Of a DNA stretch of 64,000 bases, positions 1 through 8,861 are shown piece by piece; the stretch's first letter is position 1; each line of letters begins with the position of its first letter. The translations under genes and the position numbers were made by a program. The notes under the pieces were generated by a model. The model was given only the letters and a program-made list of their open reading frames with translations, ran no database searches and was not told where the DNA came from. The DNA is from Candidatus Firestoneibacteriota bacterium. GTDB taxonomy: Bacteria > Oederibacteriota > D2-FULL-39-29 > JBBTED01. The stretch is taken from assembly GCA_038042445.1 (NCBI GenBank), contig JBBTED010000059.1, positions 1 to 64,000 of the forward strand. Direction: 5' to 3'.

Positions 1-15
1 AAAACTCTCTACTTC

Positions 16-192
16 TTAAATTACCCTTTCTTCCAATAAGTCCTGAACTTCAACATAATCGAGTTTTTCTTTTGTAATAGAAAATGTTTTATTACATTTT
101 ATGCATTTATATCGTTGCTTTTTTGAACCCTGTGCTAAATAAGAACCTGATGCATTAGTTTCACTTCCACAATATGGACAGCGTTGGCTCAT
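16..192 (-). CDS. Small zinc-ribbon protein (IS1 InsA / IS1595 N-terminal-like), part of the integrative element
   Basis: CPYCGS...QRYKCIKCNKTF two-CxxC ribbon; ATG at 192 preferred over the ORF-track start at 225. Confidence 0.55.
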   Translation of the reverse strand: MSQRCPYCGSETNASGSYLAQGSKKQRYKCIKCNKTFSITKEKLDYVEVQDLLEERVI

Positions 193-400
193 AGATAAAT
201 TCTCTTTTGCTAACTTCAGCAACAATAAAGCGTAACAAATCTTTTTTTATATATCAAAATAATTATACGACTTCGTTATTTTACTAATAAATTAAAGGGA
301 AAACAAGATAAATACAAAAAGTTTCATAAGTAAAATTACGGCAGTATAATCATTATAGATAAAGGATAACAATTGTTACTTACAGGATTTAAAATATATA

Positions 401-680
401 CATTTTTATGCTTATTAAATAAAGGTTTTTGGATATTATATTTTGCATAATAGGTAGAATGATTGAAATGAGATTATAAGCATATTTACCGTTCAAAAAG
501 ATAGAATAATGAGTGAAATTATAAGTGAAATGCATTTTAATGCTTATAGAATAAGGATTTTTGACTGAATGTCTTGATGGATATTATATTTTGCATAATA
601 GGTAGAATGATTGAAACTGGACTAAAACATATTTATCCTTCAGAAGATAGAAAATGTGTGAATGATGAGTGAAAAAAATA
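401..680. repeat. Imperfect tandem duplication upstream of the primase gene with an identical 39-bp core
   Basis: TGGATATTATATTTTGCATAATAGGTAGAATGATTGAAA at 430-468 and 578-616; flanks also similar. Confidence 0.85.
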
Positions 681-745
681 GTAAGGGTTCAAAAATAGAA
701 GAATCTTGTAAAATAAAGGTTAAAAAGTAGTTTTTAGGGGGGATT

Positions 746-3196
746 ATGAATCAATATAGAGAAGAGTTTAAGTTTGTAGAATTAGGTGCAATGATACCAA
801 ATGGATTTACTAGAAATTGTTTTACAACAAAGGATAACGCAAAAGATTTTATTGCAAAGTATAATAACAAAGATGTTTATCAGACTGTTTGTTTATATGA
901 GAAAGGCAACCTACCGGGTGATGAAAGTTTGCTTTTTGGTGATTTTTATATGGATTTTGATTCTACTGAAGATATCGGTAAAGCAAAAGAAGATCTTTTG
1001 TGTGTAATAAAACAATTTAAAGAGTTAGGTGTCGAAGAAAATAAATTACAGATATTCTTTAGCGGAAATAAAGGATTTCATTTGATAATTCCTGCAGAGT
1101 TATTTGGTATTAAACCGAGTAAAAATTTGAATAAAATTTATAGAAAAATGGCAAAATCTTTTTGTGAAAAAATACAAAATAAAACATTAGACTTAGGAAT
1201 ATATGATAGACGAAGGTTACTAAGAATACCTAATAGTATTAATTCTAAAGCAAATTTGTATAAAATACCTTTAAGTTTTGAGGAACTACAGAAGTCAATC
1301 GCAGAAATAAAAAAGCTTGCAAGTAATCAGCGAGAGATTGCAATGATACTAGAACAGATATGTGTAGACGAAGTGATTAAGTTATATGAATCTTGTGAAG
1401 AACAAATATCAAAAGAAGATAATTTGTCAGCTGTTACAGATAATTTTTTTGAAGATAAAAAGATAAAAGATATTCCACCTTGTATTCAATATCTTTTAGA
1501 TAAAGGTGTACATGAAGGTGAAAGAAATAATGCAACATATCTTTTAACTAGTTATTTTAAAAATAACAAGGGCTATAAAAAAGGAGAAATTTCAAACAAG
1601 CTTCAAGTGTGGAATAAATTGAATAGACCACCTTTATTTGACGAAGAATTGAATAGGATAATAGATTCTACGATTAAAAAAAGCTACCAAATTGGTTGTT
1701 TGACTCCTTTATTAGAAACTTATTGTGATAAATCCCATTGTCCCTATTACTGCAGTAATATACAAATTCTTTCACGCGATAAAAAAAGTATTTGCTTATC
1801 CCAAGATTTTGTTGATGGAAAAATGTTATACACAGTGTATGTTTCTACCCAAAACGGAGAGATACCGGTTATTATTACAAATGAAAGAGAAATAATTCCT
1901 TTAAATATCCATAATTTAAATAAGCGAAATTGGGATGTTGATGATATATATAGGAAAAAAAGTGAAATTGTTTTTTTAGCAAATCATAGACGATGGAGTA
2001 ATGATTCAATAAATTCTTTTATATATAAAAAAATGTTGGTTGTTCCATGGGAGCTTTTTGGCAAAATAAAAGAGTTACTAGAAAAATATATAGATTTTTC
2101 TATCCCTGCTTATTACGATTTATTAACAATATGGATTATGGGTACATACGTATTTATGATTTTTGATTCTTATGGATACATTTTTTTATTTGGAACAAAA
2201 CGTGTAGGAAAAACTCGAACTTTAGAGCTTGTTGAACCATTAGCATTTAATACAGTTATGGCTAGTAGTATTTCAGGAGCAAGTATTTACAGATTAGTGG
2301 CTTTTGATCGTTGTACTATACTTTGTGATGAGGCTGAAAAAATAGTGAGTGCTAAAGCTTCTATAAATACAGAGTTACTTGAAATTTTAAGGGCAGGATA
2401 TAAACATAGTGGTTATGTGTATAGATGTCAGGGTGAAGAAAATAAACCTACAAAATTTCCTACTTATAGCCCTAAAATTTTAAGCAATGTAACGGGATTA
2501 GAAGAAGCTTTAGAAGATAGAACTTTTTTAATTTCCATGTATAAAGCTACTAAAAAGCTTCCTCGTTTTATTCGTCGTAAGGAAGAAGCAAATTTTAAAA
2601 ACTTGTGTAATGACCTTTATATTTTTGGATTAACTTGTGCTAAAAAGATTTATGAATTATATAGTAGCGATTATAATACGGAACATTTAAGAGATAGAGA
2701 AGAAGAAATTTGGACTCCTATTATCACTATTGCTCGTTTTTTAGATGCTTGTGCAAAGGATTCAACTGATGAAACATTAGAAAGTAAAATGATGGGGCTT
2801 TCTAAAAAAATGAAGGAAGCAAAAGAAATGGTAGAAGAAGAAGAAAATTTTGATATAAAAATTATTCAAGAAGTTTGGGCGCATATGAATAGAATGCCAA
2901 AAACTGGAAATACACCTGATATCTATATTGCTAAAGAGCTTTTAGAAGGGATTAAAATTCAGAATTCAGATTTGGAAAATTTGACTGCAAATAAACTAAG
3001 TAGAACTTTGCGAAAATTGGGTATTATAAAAAATAAGACAGACAAACCTTTAAAAGATAATCAGCGATGCTATAAATTAACGGAAGATAGAATAAGAGAA
3101 TCTGCTAAAAGAAATGGTATTCCATTATTAGACGACCCTGATATTCCTACGACAGAAGAAAGTAAGAATACTGATCTTGGAGAAAAAACAGATTAG
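746..3196 (+). CDS. Archaeo-eukaryotic-type primase (PrimPol) with PriCT-like domain and C-terminal P-loop ATPase/helicase-like region
   Basis: DFYMDFD, FSGNKGFH, RLLRIPNS AEP motifs; PPCI..GERNN PriCT-like segment; GTKRVGKT Walker A and ILCDEAE Walker B. Confidence 0.8.
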   Translation: MNQYREEFKFVELGAMIPNGFTRNCFTTKDNAKDFIAKYNNKDVYQTVCLYEKGNLPGDESLLFGDFYMDFDSTEDIGKAKEDLLCVIKQFKELGVEENKLQIFFSGNKGFHLIIPAELFGIKPSKNLNKIYRKMAKSFCEKIQNKTLDLGIYDRRRLLRIPNSINSKANLYKIPLSFEELQKSIAEIKKLASNQREIAMILEQICVDEVIKLYESCEEQISKEDNLSAVTDNFFEDKKIKDIPPCIQYLLDKGVHEGERNNATYLLTSYFKNNKGYKKGEISNKLQVWNKLNRPPLFDEELNRIIDSTIKKSYQIGCLTPLLETYCDKSHCPYYCSNIQILSRDKKSICLSQDFVDGKMLYTVYVSTQNGEIPVIITNEREIIPLNIHNLNKRNWDVDDIYRKKSEIVFLANHRRWSNDSINSFIYKKMLVVPWELFGKIKELLEKYIDFSIPAYYDLLTIWIMGTYVFMIFDSYGYIFLFGTKRVGKTRTLELVEPLAFNTVMASSISGASIYRLVAFDRCTILCDEAEKIVSAKASINTELLEILRAGYKHSGYVYRCQGEENKPTKFPTYSPKILSNVTGLEEALEDRTFLISMYKATKKLPRFIRRKEEANFKNLCNDLYIFGLTCAKKIYELYSSDYNTEHLRDREEEIWTPIITIARFLDACAKDSTDETLESKMMGLSKKMKEAKEMVEEEENFDIKIIQEVWAHMNRMPKTGNTPDIYIAKELLEGIKIQNSDLENLTANKLSRTLRKLGIIKNKTDKPLKDNQRCYKLTEDRIRESAKRNGIPLLDDPDIPTTEESKNTDLGEKTD

Positions 3197-3474
3197 GGAA
3201 AGGTTTAATATTAACAATTTATGTTTCTCGGAATCGTTAAGAAATCATTAATTAACAGAAATAATATTGAAAAATATGGGGTTTACAGAAAGAAATAATG
3301 ATTTAACGATTTTTTTGTATTATCAGAGTTTATATAGAGAAATTAATGACTACTCACGTTTGTAAGAATGAGAAGATATATAAAAAATGGTTAAATGGTT
3401 AATAGAACGGCAAAAATGCTTTATATATAAGGGGTTATGATTTACTTAATGATTTTTTAATTAATTATTAAAAT

Positions 3475-3696
3475 ATGGAAAATTTAATAGATGATAAATG
3501 GCTTATATCTGTGAAAGAGCTATCTATAATAACTAGCATTGCAGAGGATACTCTATATGGTTGGTCTGAGAGAGGATTGATTCCTTCATACAAGATTGGT
3601 CGGTTAAGAAGATTCAATTTAGGCGAAGTCAAATCTTATCTGGAAAAATTCAAACAAAATGTGAATGAAAAAAATGTAAAAGTAAATTTTGGTTGA
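3475..3696 (+). CDS. Excisionase-like helix-turn-helix DNA-binding protein
   Basis: ISVKELS...TLYGW...IPSYKIGRLRRF pattern, immediately upstream of integrase. Confidence 0.8.
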   Translation: MENLIDDKWLISVKELSIITSIAEDTLYGWSERGLIPSYKIGRLRRFNLGEVKSYLEKFKQNVNEKNVKVNFG

Positions 3697-3731
3697 TATA
3701 TCTTAAAATAAAAGTGTAGAATAAAGTTGAT

Positions 3732-4802
3732 ATGAGTAAAGTAAAATATATTGGGCATGGACTTATACAGTATAAAAATGGATGGTATGGTATTGAATAT
3801 CGTGATAAAGAATTTCATAAGGTTCGGGAAAAAATAAGTCCGCATAAAAAAGATGCAGAAAAATCCTTGGCAGTACGGAAAACTGAAATAATACAGGGTA
3901 AATTTCATTATTCAAACGAAAAGAAAAGTCCATTATTTAGAGATTTTGCCCAAGAATGTCTGGAGTATACAAAAAATAACTTTAGGTATTGGAAAAGTGT
4001 AGAGTTGTATATCAGACATATGGAGAAATGTTTTGGGAATATGAAGTTATCTCAGATTACTGCTCAAGATATTGAAAAATACAAAGTTGACCGCAAGAAT
4101 TATGTAAAAGAGGCAACAGTAAATCGAGAATTATCATGGCTTAGACGAATGTTTAATCTAGGGATTAAATGGGAAAAGGCTACAATTAATCCTATGAAAA
4201 ATGTAAAATTTTATCATGAGGTAAGAATACAAGAAAGAATTTTGTCTTCTGAAGAAGAGTCTAAACTGTTTTCTGTTTGTACAGGATATATAAAAGTTGT
4301 AATTATTGTTGCTTTATATACGGGTTTAAGGTTACGAGAAATATTGAATTTAAAATGGTCTAATGTTGACTTAGAAGAGAAAAATATTTTTGTTGAAAGG
4401 GGTAAATGGGGTAAGCAAGCTCTTATCCCAATAAATTCATATGTTGCTACCGTTTTTAATGAATGGAAACAAAATAGTCTTAATCAGGAATATGTTTTTG
4501 TAAATCCTAAAACTAAAAAGCCATATTGGGATGTATCTAAACCTTGGTATAAAGCTATACTATTATCGGGAATCCCCCATATAAGATTTCATGACCTAAG
4601 GCATAATTTTGCTACGAGATTAGCTCAAAAAGGAATAAATTCTATTCATATTGCCAAATTAACCCGACATTCTTCTTTAGAAATGGTAGAAAGATATGTG
4701 CATCCTATTTTTTCAGATCTGAGAAAAGGTGTGGAATCCTTGGTTGAATCTGCCGACTTTTTGCCGACCCCTAAAATTGTTGACAAAGTAGATGTGCAAT
4801 AA
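3732..4802 (+). CDS. Tyrosine recombinase / phage integrase
   Basis: TGLRLREI (R), FHDLRHNFAT (HxxR), TRHSSLEMVERY (H, Y) catalytic residues; ATVNREL SAM-like segment. Confidence 0.95.
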   Translation: MSKVKYIGHGLIQYKNGWYGIEYRDKEFHKVREKISPHKKDAEKSLAVRKTEIIQGKFHYSNEKKSPLFRDFAQECLEYTKNNFRYWKSVELYIRHMEKCFGNMKLSQITAQDIEKYKVDRKNYVKEATVNRELSWLRRMFNLGIKWEKATINPMKNVKFYHEVRIQERILSSEEESKLFSVCTGYIKVVIIVALYTGLRLREILNLKWSNVDLEEKNIFVERGKWGKQALIPINSYVATVFNEWKQNSLNQEYVFVNPKTKKPYWDVSKPWYKAILLSGIPHIRFHDLRHNFATRLAQKGINSIHIAKLTRHSSLEMVERYVHPIFSDLRKGVESLVESADFLPTPKIVDKVDVQ

Positions 4803-4809
4803 GTATAAT
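4780..4809 (+). promoter_or_regulatory. Consensus sigma70 promoter for tRNA-Gly, overlapping the integrase 3' end
   Basis: TTGACA 4780-4785, 18-bp spacer, TATAAT 4804-4809. Confidence 0.7.
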
Positions 4810-4833
4810 AAAAACAATAGATTTTTACTGTAT

Positions 4834-4905
4834 GCGGGCGTAATTCAGTGGTAGAATGCAAGCTTCCCAAGCTTGACGTCGTGGGTTCAAGTCCCATCGC
4901 CCGCT
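4834..4905 (+). tRNA. tRNA-Gly(CCC), CCA not encoded
   Basis: Acceptor GCGGGCG/CGCCCGC, anticodon arm CAAGC-TTCCCAA-GCTTG, T-loop GGTTCAAGTCC. Confidence 0.95.
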
Positions 4906-5158
4906 TTTCAAATTATAGAGGGACTTGAAGCCAACTCCGAACGCCGAGCAAAGCGAGGAAGAAGAGAGGAGTGGCAGGTTTCGGAGGAGCTAACGAAGTT
5001 AGCGTGGGAGAAAAAGTCCCATCGCCCGCTTTTCAAATAATGGAGGGACTTGAAGCCAACTCCGAACGCCGAGCAAAGCGAGGAAGAAGAGAGGAGTGGC
5101 AGGTTTCGGAGGAGCTAACGAAGTTAGCGTGGGAGAAAAAGTCCCATCGCCCGCTTTT
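4889..5158 (+). repeat. 125-bp tandem repeat (2 units plus a third tRNA-end copy), each unit starting with the tRNA-Gly 3' end
   Basis: GTCCCATCGCCCGCTTTT begins at 4891, 5016 and 5141; units differ at two positions. Confidence 0.95.
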
Positions 5159-5176
5159 TGAATTTATGAAACATTT

Positions 5177-5319
5177 GTCAGGCAAGATGCCTGACCTATT
5201 AACTAATAATGAATTGGGGTAATAATATGGAATATTTGTATGGTTAGGCAAGATGTCTGACCTATTAACGTTGCGATGGAATCTTTGATTAAATAGGTCA
5301 GGCATCTTGCCTGACAAAT
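5177..5319. repeat. REP cluster (3 palindromes) upstream of RAYT
   Basis: GTCAGGCAAGATGCCTGAC-CTATT at 5177, variant at 5243, inverted copy at 5297. Confidence 0.9.
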
Positions 5320-5328
5320 AATGAGATT

Positions 5329-5787
5329 ATGAATATTTCGAGATTAAATCTATCGCATTATCCTTCATTTATTACTACGAAGACTTTTAATAATTATCCA
5401 TTTTTTAAGAAACCAGATAACGTAGAAATTTTAATATCCTGTATTTATTTTGGGAGAACAAATAATTGGTTTGATCTTATTGCTTTTGTAGTAATGCCTG
5501 ATCATTTGCATTTGATTGTAGTCCCAAAAGATAAGAATATTTCTCAAGTAATGCATAGTGTTAAAAGTTTCTCGAGTAAAGAAATAAATAAAATCAATAA
5601 GGAAAATGGAAATGTTTGGCAATCAAGTTTTAGGGATTTTACAATTTCAACTAAGTCTGTATTATTTGAAAAAGTAAATTACATACATAATAATCCAGTT
5701 AAAAAAGGTATAGTCGCAGATGCAGGTCTTTATGAGTTTTCATCTGCTAATTCAATTTATGAGACAGACATTTTGAAAATATTGTAA
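5329..5787 (+). CDS. REP-associated tyrosine transposase (RAYT, IS200/Y1 HUH family)
   Basis: FVVMPDHLHLIV HUH motif, WQSSFRD, YIHNNPVK catalytic Tyr; flanked by REPs. Confidence 0.9.
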   Translation: MNISRLNLSHYPSFITTKTFNNYPFFKKPDNVEILISCIYFGRTNNWFDLIAFVVMPDHLHLIVVPKDKNISQVMHSVKSFSSKEINKINKENGNVWQSSFRDFTISTKSVLFEKVNYIHNNPVKKGIVADAGLYEFSSANSIYETDILKIL

Positions 5788-5792
5788 AGTGT

Positions 5793-5934
5793 GTCAGGCA
5801 GGATGCCTGACCTATTAACTAATAATGAATTGGGAAATAATATAAAATATTTGTATGATCAGGCAGGATGTTTGACCTATTAACGTTGTGATGGAATCTT
5901 TGATTGAATAGGTCAGGCATCTTGCCTGACAAAT
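5793..5934. repeat. REP cluster (3 palindromes) downstream of RAYT; direct repeat of 5177-5319
   Basis: REPs at 5793, 5858 and inverted at 5912 with the same spacers as the upstream cluster. Confidence 0.9.
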
Positions 5935-5951
5935 TAAACAATTGTTATTTT

Positions 5952-8105
5952 ATGGCGAAAAGGCAAGAAAAAATATTCTTAATTGTTTTGCTGGTTTTTA
6001 TTACAGCTATTGCAATGTATTTGGGTTTAACACATAAGGGCGCAAAGGTTGTATCGGAAAAAGAAAGCCAAATAAAAACAAAAGAGGAAGAAGAAAAATT
6101 TGAACGTTCAAAAGCGGTTTTGCAGAAACTGATTGCTCCAGTAAAAGAAAATGTGTTAGGAAAAGATGATAATAAAACAGAAGTGGAGGGAATTGCTAAA
6201 AAAGAAAAGAAAAAATCTACAGGCAAAGTTATCGGTAAAGTTAATATAGATGGGGTTGCTGATTTTAGCAATGTTACTATTGCACTTGAAGAAATAAGCG
6301 GGAAGTCTACTTCTATTGTTTCATCTTTTTTGCGTGGAGATTTGCCTGCAAAATTTAAAGGATTGGGTAGTTTGACATCTGGTGTACTTAAATTTCCAAA
6401 TTTTGAAGATTTATCATCTGAATTTGATATGATTGCAAAAGCTAATTTTGATGGGTCATTTTCTTTTGATGATGTTAAAATTGGCAAATATACTCTGTAT
6501 GCTTATGATAATAAAGGTAAAAAAGGATTGGCGCAGAATATTAACGTTAAATCCGAAGTAGAAAACAGAGTTGATGTTAATCTTTTTCAGACTGGTCAGA
6601 TTTCAGGAGTCGCGAGATTAGGCAAATCAAATTCAGGAAATTATGGGATATTGGTATTTATAGAAGGGACGTCTTATGCAGTTTATACAGATGATTCCGG
6701 TTCATATACAATAATTGGGGTTCCTCCCGGTAAATATACGGTTGTTACAAGGCGGGAAAATTACAAAGAAGGTAGTGCGCCAAATATTATTGTAAAAAAA
6801 AATGAAGAGACAAAAGTAAAAAATATTTCATTGTCGCAGCTTACTTTGGAATTAAAGCCACGTATAATTAATACAAAACCTGAAAATAATTCGTTAGTAG
6901 ATGTCCCTCAAATTTGGGAAGAAGATGGTGAAAATGTGCAGACACAGTTATACATAGTTGTAGATTTTAGTAAGGATATGGATAAGGAATCAGTTGAAAA
7001 ATCAATAAATGTTTTTCCTTCACTTGGATATATTATTGAATGGAAGGGGAATATCAGGTTGCTTTTGAAAGTAAATACACTTGGAGCTATTGACTTGCTA
7101 AAACTTAATACTAAATACAAAGTAACATTAGGTGAGAAAATTTGTTCTATTGAAGGATATAAATTAGGTATGCCTTATTCATTTGAATTCACAACAGGAA
7201 AACTTAAAGTAATTGCAACTAATCCTGAAAATAAAACCCAAAGCCATGCTCCTGCTGATTGTAATCTTTCTATAATATTTAATGCTCCAGTTGTTATGTC
7301 AAGTGTCCGAGAAAATTTTAATCTTTCTCCTCAACTTGATGGTGGTTTTGGATCTGTTACTGATAAAAACAAGGTGTTATGGAGTGCAAGAAAAGGATTT
7401 ATGACTAAAACCACTTATAAAGTTAATCTTGGCTCAGATATTTCGGATGGACAAGGAAATAAATTGTCTATACCTTATACATTTTCTTTTACAGTGGCAC
7501 CACCGCAGGTTACAGGTATTTGGCCAGCAGAAAGTGAAAAGAAAATCAGCACAAGCGGTTATCCGTATATATTTTTTAATACCACAATGAATCATGAAGA
7601 AGTAAGAAGTTCTTTTTCAATTACTCCTGAAATTAGTGGAAATCTGATGTGGTATAATTCACCAAAAGGAGAGTATTGTATTTTTAAACATTTGGATTAT
7701 TTTGTCAGTTCTACTACTTATAACATAACAATTGATAGAAGTGCTGAGGATATATGGGAGAACAAATTAGAGGGTAACTATAAGTGGTCTTTTGAAACTG
7801 AGGTTCCAAAGGTTGGTTACACTGTTCCTCAAAATGGAGGTGTGATTTCTTTAAAAGGAGAGATTCGTTTTGTTTTTAATACTGTTATGGATAAAGATAA
7901 AACTAAAAAAGCATTTTCAATTTCTCCAGAAGTGCCTGTCCGATTTGACTGGGGAACTCAGAATGGTTATGATGTGTTTGCAATAAGGTCAAGTTCATCT
8001 TTTGCTGCTTCACAGACTTATATTGCAACTATTGATACATCTGCTTGTGATGTTGCAGGAAATCAATTGGATAAAAGTTTTTCATTTACTTTTTCAACTA
8101 AATAA
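5952..8105 (+). CDS. Membrane-anchored surface protein with carboxypeptidase-regulatory-like domains and about four Ig-like (Big_5/SbsA-type) repeats
   Basis: N-terminal TM helix; repeated ...P.N....I.FN..MD...V..SFSISP...Y.FSFTT pattern; start moved to ATG 5952 because the ORF-track extension is REP sequence. Confidence 0.7.
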   Translation: MAKRQEKIFLIVLLVFITAIAMYLGLTHKGAKVVSEKESQIKTKEEEEKFERSKAVLQKLIAPVKENVLGKDDNKTEVEGIAKKEKKKSTGKVIGKVNIDGVADFSNVTIALEEISGKSTSIVSSFLRGDLPAKFKGLGSLTSGVLKFPNFEDLSSEFDMIAKANFDGSFSFDDVKIGKYTLYAYDNKGKKGLAQNINVKSEVENRVDVNLFQTGQISGVARLGKSNSGNYGILVFIEGTSYAVYTDDSGSYTIIGVPPGKYTVVTRRENYKEGSAPNIIVKKNEETKVKNISLSQLTLELKPRIINTKPENNSLVDVPQIWEEDGENVQTQLYIVVDFSKDMDKESVEKSINVFPSLGYIIEWKGNIRLLLKVNTLGAIDLLKLNTKYKVTLGEKICSIEGYKLGMPYSFEFTTGKLKVIATNPENKTQSHAPADCNLSIIFNAPVVMSSVRENFNLSPQLDGGFGSVTDKNKVLWSARKGFMTKTTYKVNLGSDISDGQGNKLSIPYTFSFTVAPPQVTGIWPAESEKKISTSGYPYIFFNTTMNHEEVRSSFSITPEISGNLMWYNSPKGEYCIFKHLDYFVSSTTYNITIDRSAEDIWENKLEGNYKWSFETEVPKVGYTVPQNGGVISLKGEIRFVFNTVMDKDKTKKAFSISPEVPVRFDWGTQNGYDVFAIRSSSSFAASQTYIATIDTSACDVAGNQLDKSFSFTFSTK

Positions 8106-8113
8106 TTTATTCA

Positions 8114-8232
8114 GTCAGGCAAGATGCCTGACCTATTAAGGTAAATACTGATTTTTTTGGGTCGGATAAATCCGACCACTACAAAAACATTTGAATTTAT
8201 TGATAATTGTAGGGGTTTGATTTATCAAGCTC
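8114..8232. repeat. Mixed REP patch between convergent genes
   Basis: RAYT-type REP at 8114-8137; GTAG-type palindromes at 8160-8183 (inverted) and 8208-8232. Confidence 0.8.
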
Positions 8233-8237
8233 GAAAT

Positions 8238-8861
8238 TTACGATTTGACTCCGATTGATTTCCAGATAACTTCAAGGGCATTTGCATCAGGGAATATGAA
8301 AAATTTACCTTTAATTTTATTGTCTGTTTCTATAAATTCAGATTCTACAACTACTAAATATTCAGATATTTGTTTTACTTCATCAAAAATTGATTGGACA
8401 AGTGATTCTGTATGGTTGAATGCAAATTGAGGGACAGAAGGAATAAATGTCATTTCCAGAAAATCTGCAAGTGCGTTGAGGCAGGCAGCAGTTAGAATAG
8501 TTCCTGTTTCTTCAAGTGCTGATTGGTCCATAGCAGTAAGCATTCGCGAAAAATTCTTAGGTCTTTTCATTAATACATCTGCCAATGCAAGCGCGCTATC
8601 TTTACTGTATGTTATTAATATTCTTCCAGATGCTTTGCCAAGCACTCTGAAATATATGCCAACCAGTATATCTTCTTTGCTTTGTGTTTCTAATAGTTTA
8701 GGAAATTCTATTAATGGAAGAATACTTACCTGTGGCACTTTAATTAGGATTTTTTTATTTAACATCTTTGAAAGCGCTGTTGCTGAATGGCTTACACCAA
8801 TGGATGCTGTTTCAGAGAGTGCATCTAATTGCATTTGTGTTAATACAATATTTTTTTTCAT
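8238..8861 (-). CDS. cheC: Chemotaxis phosphatase CheC
   Basis: [21 protein letters not shown] and [18 protein letters not shown] repeats; che context. Confidence 0.85.
   Translation of the reverse strand: MKKNIVLTQMQLDALSETASIGVSHSATALSKMLNKKILIKVPQVSILPLIEFPKLLETQSKEDILVGIYFRVLGKASGRILITYSKDSALALADVLMKRPKNFSRMLTAMDQSALEETGTILTAACLNALADFLEMTFIPSVPQFAFNHTESLVQSIFDEVKQISEYLVVVESEFIETDNKIKGKFFIFPDANALEVIWKSIGVKS

Larger units (their letters stand above)
1..4833. mobile_element. Right portion of an integrative element (phage-satellite/PICI-like) with primase, excisionase-like HTH and integrase; left end lies outside the window
   Basis: Gene set primase-ATPase, HTH, tyrosine integrase directly adjacent to a tRNA gene. 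Confidence 0.75.

Noticed and set aside
16..225. Complete IS1/IS1595 element
   Set aside because: Only a zinc ribbon is visible; no DDE domain or terminal inverted repeats in the window
440..467. dif/Xer-like site within the 39-bp repeat
   Set aside because: The left part ATTTTGCATAA resembles a XerC arm, but the right part matches the XerD consensus poorly
4889..5158. Possible CRISPR array
   Set aside because: The intervening sequences are near-identical rather than unique spacers, the repeat is a tRNA end, and no cas genes are present
4646..5317. ORFs 4646-4897, 4971-5222 and 5033-5317
   Set aside because: They are translations of the tRNA antisense strand, the tandem array and REPs
5904..5951. 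N-terminal extensions MNRSGILPDK (5904) and MSGKMPDL (20291)
   Set aside because: Both are REP sequence read through; downstream ATGs at 5952 and 20327 precede the TM segments
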